Below the pieces are notes generated by a model. The model was given only the letters and a program-made list of their open reading frames with translations. It ran no database searches and had not been told where the DNA came from. Shown here in pieces: positions 17,422 to 26,390 of a DNA stretch of 64,000 nt (position 1 is the first letter of the stretch; each line of letters opens with the position of its first letter). Source of the DNA: a virus. The translations under genes were made by a program, and so were the position numbers. Where the stretch lies: positions 11,407 to 75,406 of IMG/VR virus record IMGVR_UViG_3300035703_000059; one strand, given 5' to 3'.

Positions 17422-19521
17422 ATGGCCGACAACGAGAACACCACACCGCCGGGATTCGTCAGCACCTTTCCCGTGTTCGCTGAGTGCGATTCCATTCTGC
17501 GCGCAACGCGGGAGGGCATCGGTCTTTTGACGGGTGGGGAAGAGGGCAGGCGCCGGGTCGATGTGAAGTACCTTCGATGCCAGCTTCTCACGCAGAGCCG
17601 GACCGAACTTGGAGATCGGTCGCTGCTCCAGTTTCCGCTGTGGTGGGACTGCCGGCCGACGAGCGGCACCTTCGATCCGGGTGACGTTTTGCGGCGGGCC
17701 TACGCAAAATACACGCAGAAAGACCCCAACTCTGCGGACATCGGATTCATCGCAGGCATCCTTCGCGAGATCGACGACCTTCAAGAGGGGGGCGGCTCCA
17801 GCGAGGACCGGGCCAACTACGAGGGAAACGCGGGTTCGTACACCATCATTCAGAACCTCCTGCTGGCCCTCTCCGACTTCCCTCGGCAGGGGTCGGACGG
17901 ACGCGCGAACCTTGAGACAATCGTCGATTTGTCGCTGCGCGTGACCGACTCGATCAAAGACATCATCGTCAAAGCGTTTCCGGCGGCGGGCGGCGTCGGC
18001 GACAACGTCGTCCGCATCCTCAAGATTTTCCTCGACGGCATCTTCTACATGGGTGACGCGGTCGCCGAGGAGAAGGCGCTGCGGACCGAGATGGCCTCGC
18101 GGCTAATCTCCGACGAACGCGTGACGAACGTCGGCGGCGGCTACGAGAAGTTCTACGGCAACCGGCCATCGATGATCACGACCCGGTCGTGGTGCGCTGC
18201 CGGAAACGCTGCGCGCGACAACTACCTCGCCCCCGGAACGAACGGCGCGTACCTTCGGGCGAAGACCCGATACGATGACGCGCGGCGGTTCTTGGACACG
18301 TTCGCCGCGATGCTTGAGCGGACGCAGGGCGAGTCGACGCCGAAGACGCGCGAGCGGGTATTCGCACGATTCCAGCTAATCGGAAGCTGGATGCTGGCGT
18401 ATGCCGCCGACGAGGTATGGCTGTCGGATTACATTACCTACGACACCATCTTCGACCGCCTTCGATTGTCGGCGGCAGACGCGGTCGTGAAGGTGACGTT
18501 TGAGCCGAGGCTCATCGAGTTCAAGCGCCTCTACCCGTATTCGGCGCGGGCGGCGACTCGTCTTGAGTGCGATTACCCCGACTGCGACACGGATTTCTGG
18601 ATTCCGTTTTGGGCGGACACGAAAGCCGGAAACTGGAATCTGAAAACCGGAACTGCCGACATCGGTGTGACGGAAAAGGCGATCAGAGACGCGACGAACA
18701 TCACCTTCGACTTTTACGCCACCGCGATTCCGAAGCGAAGCGTGACCGGGCGCCGGTACAACAGCTACAAGTCGAAGTCGGTCGTGGACGTGTCGCTTAC
18801 GGTCATGCCGCTTGTGAACACGCTGTATGAGTGGGCGCGAGCCGCTGCCCCTACATGGGGGAAGATTAAGCAATACAATCTGATCCGTTACGCGCTGACC
18901 GGGTACGCGACCGGCGCCGTCAAAGACTTCGGCGAGTACGCGAAGAACCGCATCGATGTCTACGACCCGGCGTTTCGCCAGAGGTTCATCGACACCCCGC
19001 TGACGTGGCAGCAGATCGCGCTCTACATCATCGCCGGGCGCACGGACCTTGGGCCGCAGCCGAGGCCGGAAGAGTTCAACGTCGCGGCGACGCGGTGTCC
19101 CGGCGGCTCGTCGGACACGTCCTGCCTGCCCTGCGAGAAGATCAAGAATCGGCGCCCCATCGGCGCACGGGAAGTCCAAATCCCGATGCTCGTCGGCTAC
19201 ACGCCGCCTCTGGCGACGTTCGTCGGCAGCACGAACTATCGGGGTTCGGTGGAGTACGCGGCGTGGCGAAAGGCGCTCGTCGATGCGGGTTATCCGGGGT
19301 ACTACATCGACTGCATCGAACGTGACGTGACGTGGGTGTCCTCGCGGGCTGGCGAGGTGATTTCGGTTCGTCCGCCGCCGCCGCTCGTCGTCAGTCTACC
19401 GCTGGCCGCTGTGCCGAAGCCCCGCGCGGTGCGGACGTCGGACATTCCCGAACTCACCGGAATCACCCGGCCGCTCGTCGCCGAGATCGCGGGGCCGATG
19501 CTGCCTCGAAGGACTCGATAA
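17422..19521 (+). CDS. Large hypothetical protein (699 aa), putative virion/entry protein
   Basis: Long ORF in the structural operon; no family recognised. Confidence 0.7.
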   Translation: MADNENTTPPGFVSTFPVFAECDSILRATREGIGLLTGGEEGRRRVDVKYLRCQLLTQSRTELGDRSLLQFPLWWDCRPTSGTFDPGDVLRRAYAKYTQKDPNSADIGFIAGILREIDDLQEGGGSSEDRANYEGNAGSYTIIQNLLLALSDFPRQGSDGRANLETIVDLSLRVTDSIKDIIVKAFPAAGGVGDNVVRILKIFLDGIFYMGDAVAEEKALRTEMASRLISDERVTNVGGGYEKFYGNRPSMITTRSWCAAGNAARDNYLAPGTNGAYLRAKTRYDDARRFLDTFAAMLERTQGESTPKTRERVFARFQLIGSWMLAYAADEVWLSDYITYDTIFDRLRLSAADAVVKVTFEPRLIEFKRLYPYSARAATRLECDYPDCDTDFWIPFWADTKAGNWNLKTGTADIGVTEKAIRDATNITFDFYATAIPKRSVTGRRYNSYKSKSVVDVSLTVMPLVNTLYEWARAAAPTWGKIKQYNLIRYALTGYATGAVKDFGEYAKNRIDVYDPAFRQRFIDTPLTWQQIALYIIAGRTDLGPQPRPEEFNVAATRCPGGSSDTSCLPCEKIKNRRPIGAREVQIPMLVGYTPPLATFVGSTNYRGSVEYAAWRKALVDAGYPGYYIDCIERDVTWVSSRAGEVISVRPPPPLVVSLPLAAVPKPRAVRTSDIPELTGITRPLVAEIAGPMLPRRTR

Positions 19522-20325
19522 ATGGACACCCCCATCTACAAGCGCGCATGGTTCTGGGTCGTCGTCGGTGGGGCGATTCTCCTCGCCATCCGCCGCAAGC
19601 AGGTCGAACTGACCCCTCCGCCGAAGCTGCCGGGGCCGGAGGTCGCGCCTCCGTCGGGGTCGGCGTCGATTGACCCGTTCCGCACGACGAACCTGTCGGC
19701 CGAGCAGGAGCGCGCGTTCATCGCCGCCCTGCCGAGAGCCGGCCAGCAGTACGGCGCGCTGTTCGCACAGGCGGGTCGCGAGAAGGGCATCTCGCCGCTC
19801 TTGCTCGCGGCCATCTGCGAGACGGAGACGTACTACGGCGAGGCGGCGGCGTGCAAAGGCAAGGGTCCGGCCTGCGAGGGAACGCTCGCCGACGACTTCG
19901 GCCTCATGCAGATCAACAGCAAGGCGCACCCGGAGTTCTTCAAGCGAAGCGTCAACGGCACGCCCGCGTGGAAGGTGCCGCTGGAAAACATCCGCTACGG
20001 TGCCGAGGTCTGGAACTCGTCGCTCGCATCGATGCGCGGGCGTCCGAACTCCAGCGGCAAGGTCGACGTCGGCGCGCGGCGAGCCGCGCAGCTTCTCGTC
20101 AAGCCGGGCAAGTACCCCGACCCGCGTCCGATGGACATCGATCTCGCACGCTGGGCCGCGACTTCGGGCTACAATGCAGGACCGATGGCGGCAATCATCG
20201 CGGTGGCGGCGGACAGGTCGCCGGACGCCGTGACGCACGGCAGCAAGTACGGCAAGACGGTTCTGGACAAGCTGGGGAGAATCTTCAACAAGACGGTCGA
20301 GAACTTGAACCGGGGAGCACAATGA
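19522..20325 (+). CDS. Membrane-anchored lytic transglycosylase (SLT family)
   Basis: N-terminal TM; AAICETET (catalytic E), GLMQIN, GYNAG. Confidence 0.85.
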   Translation: MDTPIYKRAWFWVVVGGAILLAIRRKQVELTPPPKLPGPEVAPPSGSASIDPFRTTNLSAEQERAFIAALPRAGQQYGALFAQAGREKGISPLLLAAICETETYYGEAAACKGKGPACEGTLADDFGLMQINSKAHPEFFKRSVNGTPAWKVPLENIRYGAEVWNSSLASMRGRPNSSGKVDVGARRAAQLLVKPGKYPDPRPMDIDLARWAATSGYNAGPMAAIIAVAADRSPDAVTHGSKYGKTVLDKLGRIFNKTVENLNRGAQ

Positions 20326-20519
20326 GCGCGCCGAAAGTGATCAAGACGATGCAGTTTCCGACGCCGACAGCGGCGAAGCAGTACCTCGCGCAGATGGGGG
20401 CGCAGTACCGCAAGATCGACGAGTTGACCGGCAAGCCGCTCTACAAGACCCCGGCGGGCATCGTGTTCCGCCCGTCGTCACCGCAGGCGCTTGAAGTGCT
20501 TGCGAACTGTGTGTGCTAG
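20322..20519 (+). CDS. Small hypothetical protein
   Basis: GGGGAG RBS, ATGA overlap; ends CVC. Confidence 0.6.
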   Translation: MSAPKVIKTMQFPTPTAAKQYLAQMGAQYRKIDELTGKPLYKTPAGIVFRPSSPQALEVLANCVC

Positions 20520-20528
20520 GAGTCATCG

Positions 20529-20900
20529 ATGGCCGATATGATTGCGATGCTGAACGGGCTGGGCGCCTACGGCGAGTTTCCGATTGGGGACGTCGATCCG
20601 GCGACGAGCGCGCGCATCGGCCAGACCTCGCCGGGGACGGGCCTGTCGAACGAGCAGATCACCGTCTACAACCCGCAGCCGTACACGCTGGGGAAGATCG
20701 ACGACGAGGAAGAGGGTCTGAGCGGGACGACGTGGCTGTTCATCGTGCTGGGCCTCGGCGCTGCGGCGTGGGGCATCTCCAAGATGGTCAAGTCTGCGTC
20801 GCCGGAGCCGGGCGAGGACTTCCTCGACGGCATCGCCGAGCCGGAGATGATCGAACTCAACGCGCCCCCCGCACGCACGCGGGGCAAGGGGAAGCGATGA
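20529..20900 (+). CDS. Single-TM protein
   Basis: ATCGATG start; MLNGLGA motif; central TM. Confidence 0.7.
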   Translation: MADMIAMLNGLGAYGEFPIGDVDPATSARIGQTSPGTGLSNEQITVYNPQPYTLGKIDDEEEGLSGTTWLFIVLGLGAAAWGISKMVKSASPEPGEDFLDGIAEPEMIELNAPPARTRGKGKR

Positions 20901-21127
20901 CGCTTGAGCAATTTCTCGCCGACGACCGGACCCGCGAACTGATGACGCGCATCGTCAACGGTGAGCCGCCGAAGTCGGCTGTGGCCGGACTCGCGGGAAA
21001 CGTGCTGGCCGCAGAACTTGCGAAGTTGATGGGCGTTCCGCCGCCCCCGATGACGCAGGCATCGAAGCAAACGGTGACGGTCAAAGCGACGCCCGACGTG
21101 GTCGACGCAGAATTCAAAGAGGTGTGA
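20897..21127 (+). CDS. Small hypothetical protein
   Basis: ATGA overlap; ends VVDAEFKEV. Confidence 0.6.
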   Translation: MTLEQFLADDRTRELMTRIVNGEPPKSAVAGLAGNVLAAELAKLMGVPPPPMTQASKQTVTVKATPDVVDAEFKEV

Positions 21128-21128
21128 G

Positions 21129-21521
21129 ATGGCTCGCGAAGTGAACTACTACCAGTTGGCGGCTCTTGGGGCGGACGCCTGTCCCGCCAACATGAGGACG
21201 GTGCAGAAGCCCGACGGCGGCGTCGAGTGCGTGCCGCTGGAAGGTCCGGCTCCGCAGGGCTACCTCGCGCGGATCAAGGGCGCCGCGACGACCGAAGAGT
21301 TGTCGGCGGTCTACAACGGCGCGCTCGTTGACCCGGCGGTGTCTCGCGAGATGCTGAAGGAACTCGGCGAAGCCTACGCGTGGAAGTACGCCGAACTGAC
21401 GACGAGGCCGGGCAAGAAGGGGCTGCGTTGGCACCATGCGTTCTACGTCGTCGGCGTCGCGCTCCTCTGGAACGCGTGGCGCAAGTCGCAGGGCAAGCCG
21501 TTCAATCCGTTTTCACGGTAG
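21129..21521 (+). CDS. C-terminally anchored protein
   Basis: GAGG RBS; Cys pair; C-terminal TM. Confidence 0.65.
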   Translation: MAREVNYYQLAALGADACPANMRTVQKPDGGVECVPLEGPAPQGYLARIKGAATTEELSAVYNGALVDPAVSREMLKELGEAYAWKYAELTTRPGKKGLRWHHAFYVVGVALLWNAWRKSQGKPFNPFSR

Positions 21522-21532
21522 GGGAGATACCG

Positions 21533-21823
21533 ATGAAGCCGATGCTGACGTTCGTCTACATGGATGGGTGCGGGGCGTGCGAGACGGCGAAGCCGGAACT
21601 CGACGCGTTCAAGGCCGCGCACCCGGAGATCGCCATTCGACGAATCGACCTTCTCGCGGTCCGCTGGCCGGAGGGGTCGTGGGCGCCGACGGCGACGCCG
21701 ACCTATCTCGCGGAGTTCGGGAACCGTCGGCCGGTGGGGTACGTCGGCGCGCTCAAGAAGGCGCAGATCGAGCAGTTCCTTCGTGAAGCCGCGCCGCGAC
21801 TCGGACTCGCGGCTCCGTTCTGA
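21533..21823 (+). CDS. Thioredoxin-fold protein (CGAC)
   Basis: FVYMDGCGACETAKP and cis-Pro motif ATPT. Confidence 0.85.
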   Translation: MKPMLTFVYMDGCGACETAKPELDAFKAAHPEIAIRRIDLLAVRWPEGSWAPTATPTYLAEFGNRRPVGYVGALKKAQIEQFLREAAPRLGLAAPF

Positions 21824-21832
21824 GGCGCATCG

Positions 21833-22150
21833 ATGACTCTCCTCGCCATCCTCGCCATCGGATTCGCCGCCGCCGGCCTCGCGCTCGTCGTTCGCGCGCT
21901 CGTCCCGACGCTGTGGCTCCTCATCAAGCCGTTCTCCTGCGACCTCTGTATGTCGTGGTGGGGGTCGGTGGTGTTCACGCTTCTCGCCGGGGAGTGGTCC
22001 GTGGACGCGCTGACGGGCCTGTTCGGAGGCGTCGCAGTCTCGGTCGCGATGCTGAAGGTCGTCTCTTCGTTGTCCGATGTGGGCGCCGCGCCCCCGCCCA
22101 CGTTGTCGGATTCCCCCGACTTGGGCGATACTTTTCCCGAAAAGGAGTGA
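21833..22150 (+). CDS. Membrane CxxC protein (DUF1360-like)
   Basis: Three hydrophobic helices with KPFSCDLCMSWW. Confidence 0.65.
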   Translation: MTLLAILAIGFAAAGLALVVRALVPTLWLLIKPFSCDLCMSWWGSVVFTLLAGEWSVDALTGLFGGVAVSVAMLKVVSSLSDVGAAPPPTLSDSPDLGDTFPEKE

Positions 22151-22154
22151 CCCC

Positions 22155-23000
22155 ATGTTCTCTTCCGGCAATCCCGAACTGATGTCCGCCCTCGCCGGCA
22201 TCGCGCGCCTCGGCGCCGCGCCGAGCGTGACCAAGCGTGCGAAGAAGCTGCCCGCAGAAGCGCGCGCGGAGTTGAGGTCGATTCAGAAGCGGTTTGCCGA
22301 TGATCGCAAGGCCGCCATCGAAGCGCTGTTCGCGAAGTACCCCGCAGCGAAGATGCTGTCGCCGAAGGAGATGAGCGAGATTCGGCAGGTCGTCGATCTC
22401 TTCATCCTCAACGACGACTCCAAGGTGACGTCGTCGGGCGTGCAGTCGGACGGCGGCATGACGCTCAAGGTCGGCGGCAAGGTCGTCGCCGAGCGCAAGG
22501 CTCCGTACTCCCGATTCATGCGCGTCTGTGCCGGCGAGTTCGGTGCGGATATGACCAGCCGCCGCGCGGCGAACGCGCTGCTCGACGCGCTGGGCGCGGG
22601 CCTCTCGTTCCGTGACCGCGACGGTCGCGCGTTCATCACCCCGAAGGGGCGCGGCGCCGGTCGTCTGGTGTCCGAGTCGGCGTGCCACACCGTCGAGGTC
22701 AACGCTTCGATGCGTAACCGCGCAGTCGCCAACGTGAACCGCGCCATCCGCGAAGCCGGTCTGGACATCCAGCGGTTCGCCATGCCGACCGAGGGCGCAT
22801 CGGCGACGTCGCCGGTGCAGCGCGCGGTCGCGGCTCGCGAGGCGACGGCTGCGGCCGAGCGCGCAGCGGTGGCCGAGGCGTATCGTGGAAGTCAGTCGGC
22901 GGCGGCGCAGTACGAGTCGATGGTTTCGCGCCCCACCAAGCGTCAGCAGGCTGCACGGAAGGCGGCGGCGACCCGCCGTCGGAACGCGTCGCGTCGATAG
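22155..23000 (+). CDS. Basic Ala/Arg-rich protein (core-like)
   Basis: AAGGAG RBS; LAGI motif; C-terminal AARKAAATRRRN. Confidence 0.7.
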   Translation: MFSSGNPELMSALAGIARLGAAPSVTKRAKKLPAEARAELRSIQKRFADDRKAAIEALFAKYPAAKMLSPKEMSEIRQVVDLFILNDDSKVTSSGVQSDGGMTLKVGGKVVAERKAPYSRFMRVCAGEFGADMTSRRAANALLDALGAGLSFRDRDGRAFITPKGRGAGRLVSESACHTVEVNASMRNRAVANVNRAIREAGLDIQRFAMPTEGASATSPVQRAVAAREATAAAERAAVAEAYRGSQSAAAQYESMVSRPTKRQQAARKAAATRRRNASRR

Positions 23001-23069
23001 TCAGTCAACCTTGCGGCGTAGACCGCACAACAAGCGGCACCCCCGCCGCGCAAGAAACAGGAGGCCGTT

Positions 23070-23258
23070 ATGGCTGCAAAGCGTCCGAAGAAGGTGATGG
23101 CGAAGATCAAGGGCAAGAAGATGGAGTGCAAGCTGAACTGGAAGGGCAAGGATCCCAAGAAGAAGCCGAAGGCGTCCTGCAAGCCCGTCGTCGCCAAGAA
23201 GGCCTCCAAGAAGAAGGCCTCCAAGAAGAAGAGCAGCAAGAAGTCGAGCAAGAAGTAA
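23070..23258 (+). CDS. Very Lys-rich histone-H1-like protein
   Basis: GGAGG RBS; KKASKKKASKKKSSKK; Cys pair. Confidence 0.75.
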   Translation: MAAKRPKKVMAKIKGKKMECKLNWKGKDPKKKPKASCKPVVAKKASKKKASKKKSSKKSSKK

Positions 23259-23341
23259 TCGACGCCCTGCACCACTAGGGTCGATGAACGCAGGGGTCGT
23301 CGGACAGGTGCCGACGGCCCCTCGTCTTTACGGAGGAATCG

Positions 23342-23677
23342 ATGGAACCGACACCGTTCACAGGCAGCTTGACGTTCGATCACGTTCTCGCGTTTCTCGG
23401 CGCGCTGGTGCCGCTGATGAGCGCGCTCGCGGCGTTCCTCAACCACAAGGTCCGCGTCAGCGGGACGGCGTCGCCGTTCCTGCTCAACGCGGCGGCGGCG
23501 GTGAACGTGCTGGCCGTCAACGTCGACAAGGCGACCCAGCTTGCGAAGCTCGCACGCGGTCTGCCGGTGCCGTCGACTCCCGCACCGGCGGCTCCCGCCG
23601 TGGTGGACGTCGGCGCAGCGGCCGTTGAGCCGGCGCCTGCGGGTCAGCCGGAAGTGTGTCCGACGTGCGGGCGCTAA
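23342..23677 (+). CDS. Putative holin-like membrane protein
   Basis: GGAGG-AATCG-ATG; two hydrophobic helices; ends CPTCGR. Confidence 0.5.
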   Translation: MEPTPFTGSLTFDHVLAFLGALVPLMSALAAFLNHKVRVSGTASPFLLNAAAAVNVLAVNVDKATQLAKLARGLPVPSTPAPAAPAVVDVGAAAVEPAPAGQPEVCPTCGR

Positions 23678-23937
23678 TCGCGTCGGTGGTGACGGGGCTG
23701 GTCGTCGCGCTTTCGACGGCTGCCCTGTTCCTGCTCCGCGTCATCCCTCGCCGGGACGAGGAGCAGCGTCAGCGGGCGGAGGCATTGGCCGCCGACCTGC
23801 GGCGGAAGATCGAGGAAGCCAAGGCCGCTCGCGCGGCGGCGGTCGCGCAGCAGGTCGCGGTGGTGACGCAGGCCGGCGAGGCGGACAAGAGCGCCGACTC
23901 CGTGGGCGTCGCGAACCGAATCATCGGAGGCTCGTGA
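23656..23937 (+). CDS. N-terminal TM plus coiled coil (spanin-like?)
   Basis: TM followed by a helical domain; start uncertain. Confidence 0.45.
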   Translation: MSDVRALIASVVTGLVVALSTAALFLLRVIPRRDEEQRQRAEALAADLRRKIEEAKAARAAAVAQQVAVVTQAGEADKSADSVGVANRIIGGS

Positions 23938-24158
23938 TGCAGAACCAGAAGAACACCCAGCTTGTTCGCATGGCCGACGTGTTCGTCATCGGCCCGCTGA
24001 TGACCTACGGCGGACTCCGCATGATGAAGAGCGGCGAGAAGCTGCTCGGCCTCACGCTCGCGGCGTTCGGTCTGGCGACCGTCGTCTATAACGGCGTGAA
24101 CTACATCGATATGAAAGAAGCGCTCGACCGAGAGGACCGCATCGATGGGCCGATTTGA
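23937..24158 (+). CDS. Small two-TM protein
   Basis: GGAGG RBS, TGATG overlap; DVFVIGP..VYNGVNY. Confidence 0.6.
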   Translation: MQNQKNTQLVRMADVFVIGPLMTYGGLRMMKSGEKLLGLTLAAFGLATVVYNGVNYIDMKEALDREDRIDGPI

Positions 24159-24594
24159 GTGGGTCTTGATCGCGCTGTACGGCGCGCTCCTCGCGTGGAT
24201 TCCGATGTGCCACGACGCGCGCGCCGACGAGGCGTGCCGGGCAGTCGGCGACACCGTCGTCTGCCAGCGCGCGGGGTTCGACACGCTCGTCGACAAGTGC
24301 GTGGACGCCGACACGCGGGCCAAGGTCTGCTCGATCAATCTCTTTGAGGCGGTCCGCCAGCGCGACGAGTCGCGCGCGGCGTTCGACGCCTGTGCGGCAG
24401 CGCCGCGCCCCGTGCCTCCGCCCCCGCCGGAGCCGTCCCGGCGTCCGCTGGTGGCCGTGGCCGTCGCTGCGGCAGGTGCGGCGGCTGTCGCCCTGTCGGC
24501 GACGCTCGACGTGCCTGTGGGCGCCCGTGCGGCCCTCGCAGGGGCCGGCGTGCTGGGCATGGGCGCGGGTGTCGGCCTCGCGGTGGCGTGGTAG
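24145..24594 (+). CDS. Cys-containing membrane protein (lysis accessory?)
   Basis: N-terminal signal, Cys-containing helix, Pro linker, two C-terminal TMs. Confidence 0.55.
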   Translation: MGRFEWVLIALYGALLAWIPMCHDARADEACRAVGDTVVCQRAGFDTLVDKCVDADTRAKVCSINLFEAVRQRDESRAAFDACAAAPRPVPPPPPEPSRRPLVAVAVAAAGAAAVALSATLDVPVGARAALAGAGVLGMGAGVGLAVAW

Positions 24595-24640
24595 GCTCGC
24601 GGGGACACCGCGCAACTGATTGCGCCAACAGGAGTCATCG

Positions 24641-24922
24641 ATGGCAGCCAAGAAGAAGAGGAAGTCCTCGTCGAAACGCAAGATGACGGAGGCGCAGTAC
24701 CGCGCTGCCGTGCGCGCAGGACGTATCGTTCCGGCCAACTACCAAGCGGCCGTGATGGCCGACGTTGATGACGAGTGGAACCGGGCCGTGCGCCGGCAGC
24801 AGGGCGTCGGCGGGCTTACCAGCCCCGACGGCGTCATGGGATTGGCCGTCGGCGCGGTGATCGGAATCGTGGGCGCGCTCCTGTGGAAAGCGTCGAGCGA
24901 CATCGCGAAGAAAGACGCGTAG
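24641..24922 (+). CDS. Basic protein with C-terminal TM
   Basis: AGGAG, ATCGATG; MAAKKKRK; VGGL motif before the TM. Confidence 0.65.
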   Translation: MAAKKKRKSSSKRKMTEAQYRAAVRAGRIVPANYQAAVMADVDDEWNRAVRRQQGVGGLTSPDGVMGLAVGAVIGIVGALLWKASSDIAKKDA

Positions 24923-24949
24923 CAATCGCGCAACCGGCCGGGAGAAACG

Positions 24950-24993
24950 AAAAAAGGGGGGCGACGGCGAAAGATGCCGTCGCCCCCCGTTTC
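24950..24993. terminator. Intrinsic terminator between convergent operons
   Basis: 13-bp stem GGGGGGCGACGGC/GCCGTCGCCCCCC; A6 on the left, GTTT on the right. Confidence 0.8.
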
Positions 24994-25006
24994 CTTCGAT
25001 GCCGTT

Positions 25007-25297
25007 CTACTCGCCGAGTTCGTAGGGGCCGTCGGACGCGCGCACGAACTCCGGCGCGTAGTACCGATACCGGCGGACCATCGAGGTCATGCCTTCCGGC
25101 ACGAAGTATTCGAAGCGCCGCGCGAGGAGCCGGCGCTTGACCAGTTCGTTCGCGCGCTGGGCGAGGCCGCGCTTGGTGCGCGTGCCTGCGGTCTGAGCAG
25201 CGAGGACGTCGTAAGCCTCATCGATGGTGATGCCGACAACGCCGGTCGCACGGGTGGCGTCGAGGAAGATGGGGTCGATGATCGAGATTCGGGCCAT
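25007..25297 (-). CDS. Small winged-helix-like protein
   Basis: GGAG RBS; ITIDEAYD..RANELVKRRLL. Confidence 0.5.
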   Translation of the reverse strand: MARISIIDPIFLDATRATGVVGITIDEAYDVLAAQTAGTRTKRGLAQRANELVKRRLLARRFEYFVPEGMTSMVRRYRYYAPEFVRASDGPYELGE

Positions 25298-25298
25298 G

Positions 25299-26291
25299 TT
25301 ACTTTCTCCGCAGCACGTCGGCCGCGCTGCCTTTCGTGAAGGGGTTGTTTCGGCGGTCGTACATCTCAAGGGTTTCGGTTCGCTTGTGGCCGGTGGTCTG
25401 CATCGTGGCGCTGTCGGCGACGCCGCGCGCACGGGCCTCGGTGACGTGTCCGGCGCGCAGGCTGTGGCCGCTGAACGTGGTGCCGTCGAGTCCGGCGCGG
25501 TCGGCCGTGCTTTTGACGATGAGGGCGACGCTCTGCGGTGAGAGCGCCTTCGCGCGCACCCCGCCCTCGCGGGCAAGGGGGCGGAACACCGGGCCGTTCG
25601 CGATGCCAGCCTCTCGCATCCAAGCGGCGAGGGCGGACGCCGCGCAGGTCGGGCCGCCGATGTAGGGGATCGCCTTGTCGAGTCCGGCGCCCCGCTGGTC
25701 GGTCTTGGACCGGCGCACCGTGACGACGACGCCCTCCTGCGACCATCGAAGGTCGCGGGCTTCCAGCGCGCACAGTTCGGACCGGCGGAACGCCCCGGCG
25801 TAACCGACGAGCAAGATCGCCCGCGCGCGCCGGGCCTCAAGGTCGGTCCGGTCGCCGAACGTGGCGACCATCGCTTCGATGGCGTCGAACGTCGCAGGCG
25901 CCTTCGCCTCGACGCGGATGCCGAACGTGGCCTCGACGCCCTTCATGGCCGTCTTGACCGCCTCGGTCGAGCAGGGGTTCGGCAGGCTCTTGACCCCGTG
26001 CATCTTGCCGATGGCCGCGAGCCGCCGCCGCAGGGACGACGGCTTGAGGGTGTCGGCCCGCGCGACGAGGTAGGCGACGACGGTGCGCGGGTCGGCGGGC
26101 AGGTTGGAGCTTCGATGCTCGCGGCAGAAGTCCGAGAAGTCCGCCCAATCGGCCCGGTACGCCCGCTGCGTGTTCTTCGGCACCGCGCGCTCGACGTAGC
26201 CGCGCGCGGCCTCAAGAGCGGGCGCGAGGGCGGCGAGGTCGGCGGTCGGCACGGGGCCGGAGAGAACGAGCGCGTCGGGTTTCTTGGGCAT
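25299..26291 (-). CDS. Tyrosine recombinase, Cre-like family
   Basis: NTQRAY..W..F; AFRRSEL, RSKTDQ, GHSLRAG, TGH..Y catalytic residues. Confidence 0.92.
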   Translation of the reverse strand: MPKKPDALVLSGPVPTADLAALAPALEAARGYVERAVPKNTQRAYRADWADFSDFCREHRSSNLPADPRTVVAYLVARADTLKPSSLRRRLAAIGKMHGVKSLPNPCSTEAVKTAMKGVEATFGIRVEAKAPATFDAIEAMVATFGDRTDLEARRARAILLVGYAGAFRRSELCALEARDLRWSQEGVVVTVRRSKTDQRGAGLDKAIPYIGGPTCAASALAAWMREAGIANGPVFRPLAREGGVRAKALSPQSVALIVKSTADRAGLDGTTFSGHSLRAGHVTEARARGVADSATMQTTGHKRTETLEMYDRRNNPFTKGSAADVLRRK

Positions 26292-26390
26292 GACGAACCT
26301 CGGAAAAGAGGGGGGCGACGCGAGTCGGAGGGGTGAGGGCAGCGGTGGATTCACGCGCCGCCAACCGACCCACGTCGCCCCCTTTGCGGG

